Positions 41,795-43,760 of a stretch of 43,760 nucleotides of DNA are shown here, one piece after another. How positions within the stretch are numbered: the first letter of the stretch is position 1; every line of letters starts with the position of its first letter. The notes under the pieces were generated by a model. It saw nothing but the letters and a program-made list of their open reading frames with translations, was not told the origin of the DNA and searched no databases. A program made the position numbers and the translations under genes. Origin of the DNA: a virus. Its lineage: Duplodnaviria > Caudoviricetes. The stretch spans positions 1 through 43,760 of the IMG/VR virus record IMGVR_UViG_3300033485_000035; one strand, 5' to 3'.

Positions 41795-42915
41795 CAGCTC
41801 CTCCTCGCGGTACCGGGCGGGAAATACTGCGGGCTGTACGGCCCCTGGCCGGTCCTCCCCGGTCCGAACCCTTGGATGAGGACCAGGTCAGCAGCCGTCC
41901 CCGCGATTACGAACGCTCCCGATTGTATCAGCATCTTGCGCAGCGCCTTCAGCGTCGCCGCAGAGCCCGTCACCAGGAATGCGCCGCCGTCTGTCACCAT
42001 GATGAAACGCCGACCGATCGAGGCATTGCTCCCGGTCAGGTTGAACACGCCAGAATCAGGAACGATGCGCCGGTTCGCCCTCAGCCATGCCGCCGACCCG
42101 GAAACGGAGAAGGCAGTCGAGAGCGGCGTCATCCGACGGTGCGCCTGCAAGTTGACAGCGGTACCGCTCAACGTGAACGATCCGGGCAGCAGGACATACC
42201 CGCCGCCGCTGTAGATCAGGTTCGCATTCGTCCCCACGATCTCAAACACGCCCGGCAGCAAACTCATGCGGCGGTGATACTTGAGATCGACCGCTGTTCC
42301 CGACAGAAGGAACTCGCCGACCAGCCCCGTCATCCTCCGGTGGTACCGCAGGTCGGCGTTCGTCCCGGTAAGCGCAAAGGCCACCGTCGTCGCCCCGAGC
42401 GTGTACCGTTTCGCCATAGTCGCGTTCGTTCCCTCAAGCAAGAACGAACCGGACTGCGGCGTCATCTTCCTGTTCGCCCGGAGATCGACTACGCCAGCAA
42501 TCGAGAACGCCACTGTTTGCGGGCTCATTCTCCGGTGCAGCCTGAGATCGACGTTCGTGCGCGCCAGCGCGAACGAGTCCGTCGCACCTGTCAACTTCCG
42601 GTTCGCTTTCAGGTCAACGTTCGTCCCTGCCATCGCGAACGCAACAGTCTGCGGCGTGATCTTCCTCTGTGCTCGCAGATCGACAGCGGTTCCGTCCACA
42701 GAGAACGATCCGGGCTGCGCTACCAGCGGGTACTTCTTGATCAGGTTGACGTTCGTTCCCGCGTACCAGTGGAAAGCCGCCTGCGCCAACGTCATCTTGC
42801 GGTTGGCTTTCAGGTCAACGTTCGTCCCCGTCAAGGCAAAGCTGCCCGGCAACGCCGTCATCGTGTAGACGGTCGCGGTCGCCGGATTGCCGAAGAACGT
42901 TGTCGACTTTGCCAT
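41794..42915 (-). CDS. Tandem 22-aa repeat protein (~15 units), probable virion fibre
   Basis: Repeat unit ~ xxGsFalxGTnvDLraxRkMt. Confidence 0.8.
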   Translation of the reverse strand: MAKSTTFFGNPATATVYTMTALPGSFALTGTNVDLKANRKMTLAQAAFHWYAGTNVNLIKKYPLVAQPGSFSVDGTAVDLRAQRKITPQTVAFAMAGTNVDLKANRKLTGATDSFALARTNVDLRLHRRMSPQTVAFSIAGVVDLRANRKMTPQSGSFLLEGTNATMAKRYTLGATTVAFALTGTNADLRYHRRMTGLVGEFLLSGTAVDLKYHRRMSLLPGVFEIVGTNANLIYSGGGYVLLPGSFTLSGTAVNLQAHRRMTPLSTAFSVSGSAAWLRANRRIVPDSGVFNLTGSNASIGRRFIMVTDGGAFLVTGSAATLKALRKMLIQSGAFVIAGTAADLVLIQGFGPGRTGQGPYSPQYFPPGTARRS

Positions 42916-42922
42916 CGTCTAC

Positions 42923-43237
42923 CTACTGTGTCGTCGGGATCGAGAGGACGAAGTCGTTCCACTCCTTCGGCGTGGTCTGGTCGATGCCGACAACCGTGAC
43001 AACGTCGGCGTTCATCTCCGTCGCGCTCAACTCGATCAGCACGAGCACGGTGGACGACGGACTTACCGTTGGCAGGGTCGCTAGGCTCGCCAGCGCCGTC
43101 CCGTCGATCGCCACCTTGAAGTCTCCCGCCGCGATCGTCGGATTCGACTTGAACGATCCCGGAACGTTGGCGTCCTCCAACGCGATCCTAATCTTGAAGT
43201 CCTCGTTCTTCTTCGGCGGATTGTACGGCGCTGCCAT
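42923..43237 (-). CDS. Small Ig-like virion-type protein
   Basis: FKSNPTIAAGDFKVAIDG...LSATEMNADVV; good RBS. Confidence 0.7.
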   Translation of the reverse strand: MAAPYNPPKKNEDFKIRIALEDANVPGSFKSNPTIAAGDFKVAIDGTALASLATLPTVSPSSTVLVLIELSATEMNADVVTVVGIDQTTPKEWNDFVLSIPTTQ

Positions 43238-43238
43238 C

Positions 43239-43760
43239 CTACACTCCTATCCGCGCGTTCGCCGCGCCTCCAACGCCGCAGCAGAATCGCATCTGGTCGA
43301 AGGTCGTGCTGTTGTTGTCGTACCAGAGCACGCTCGGGCACTTCGAGCGGTAGAATCGCGGGCAGATGAACAAGGCCGACACCGACGGTGCGCTTGCCGA
43401 CGCGTACGCTGTCCACTTGAACTGCGGACCCCACGTCGTCCCACTATCCGCGCTGATCTTCGCGTAAATGTTGCCGATGGGAAACGATTCAGCGCTCGTA
43501 CCATCGCCAAGGTAGAAGGCCCACCACTGCTCCGTCACGGTGTCGATCGCCAGCCCCGCGAACCCCTGCCATCCCCCCGAACTTGCGATCACGTCTGTTT
43601 TGGCCGTGATCGCCGATTCGGTGACGGTCCAGCAGGTGAAGCGTGCGCCGGTCAGGTTGTCCTCGTTCCACGCGATCAGAACGTTCACGCTGTTCGTCAG
43701 ATCGACGGCCGCCGCCCAGTTGGCCCAGAGGGTAGAGGCCAGCGTATCGTAAAAGAGAGT
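43239..43760 (-). CDS. 3' part of the Asp-box propeller gene that starts at 790
   Basis: In frame across the circular junction; SADSGTTW; stop at 43239. Confidence 0.8.
   Translation of the reverse strand, partial: TLFYDTLASTLWANWAAAVDLTNSVNVLIAWNEDNLTGARFTCWTVTESAITAKTDVIASSGGWQGFAGLAIDTVTEQWWAFYLGDGTSAESFPIGNIYAKISADSGTTWGPQFKWTAYASASAPSVSALFICPRFYRSKCPSVLWYDNNSTTFDQMRFCCGVGGAANARIGV
43634..43760. repeat. Terminal direct repeat, copy 2
   Basis: Identical to 1-127. Confidence 0.97.

Noticed and set aside
41794-42915. Diversity-generating retroelement or invertible tail-fibre cassette
   Set aside because: No reverse transcriptase or invertase, and no TR/VR pair differing at adenines was seen; the repeats are degenerate protein repeats.

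Overview
This window is almost certainly a complete, circularly assembled, GC-rich tailed-phage genome of siphovirus type. Bases 1-127 equal bases 43634-43760, giving a unit length of 43,633 bp, and a gene reads intact across the join. Every credible gene is on the minus strand. Transcription order from an AT-rich control region (~40380-40570) is: small early genes and a DUF932-like protein; RuvC-like resolvase, YqaJ exonuclease and RecT; a DUF1376/YdaU-type replication initiator with internal iterons; a 7-deazaguanine DNA-modification cluster (ParB-N, dpdA, degenerate Dam-like protein, divergent queC, atypical Dam-like MTase, queD, queE, folE); terS/terL; a portal-gp7 fusion; GT2; HK97 protease and capsid; neck; tail tube; tail chaperones; tape measure; tail tip; amidase/holin; and a final accessory virion module. 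I found no integrase, repressor, polymerase, tRNA, CRISPR array or reverse transcriptase. The best leads are: (1) a dpd cluster whose unusual accessory enzymes could make an undescribed base; (2) an 84-aa protein with a twin-arginine leader that mimics the capsid spine helix; (3) a UCC_UUU_CGA +1 frameshift in the tail chaperone; (4) a 22-bp motif shared by two promoter regions, with a candidate antisense sRNA upstream of the initiator; (5) possible virion glycosylation genes. All family calls come from motif recognition by eye; no database searches were run.
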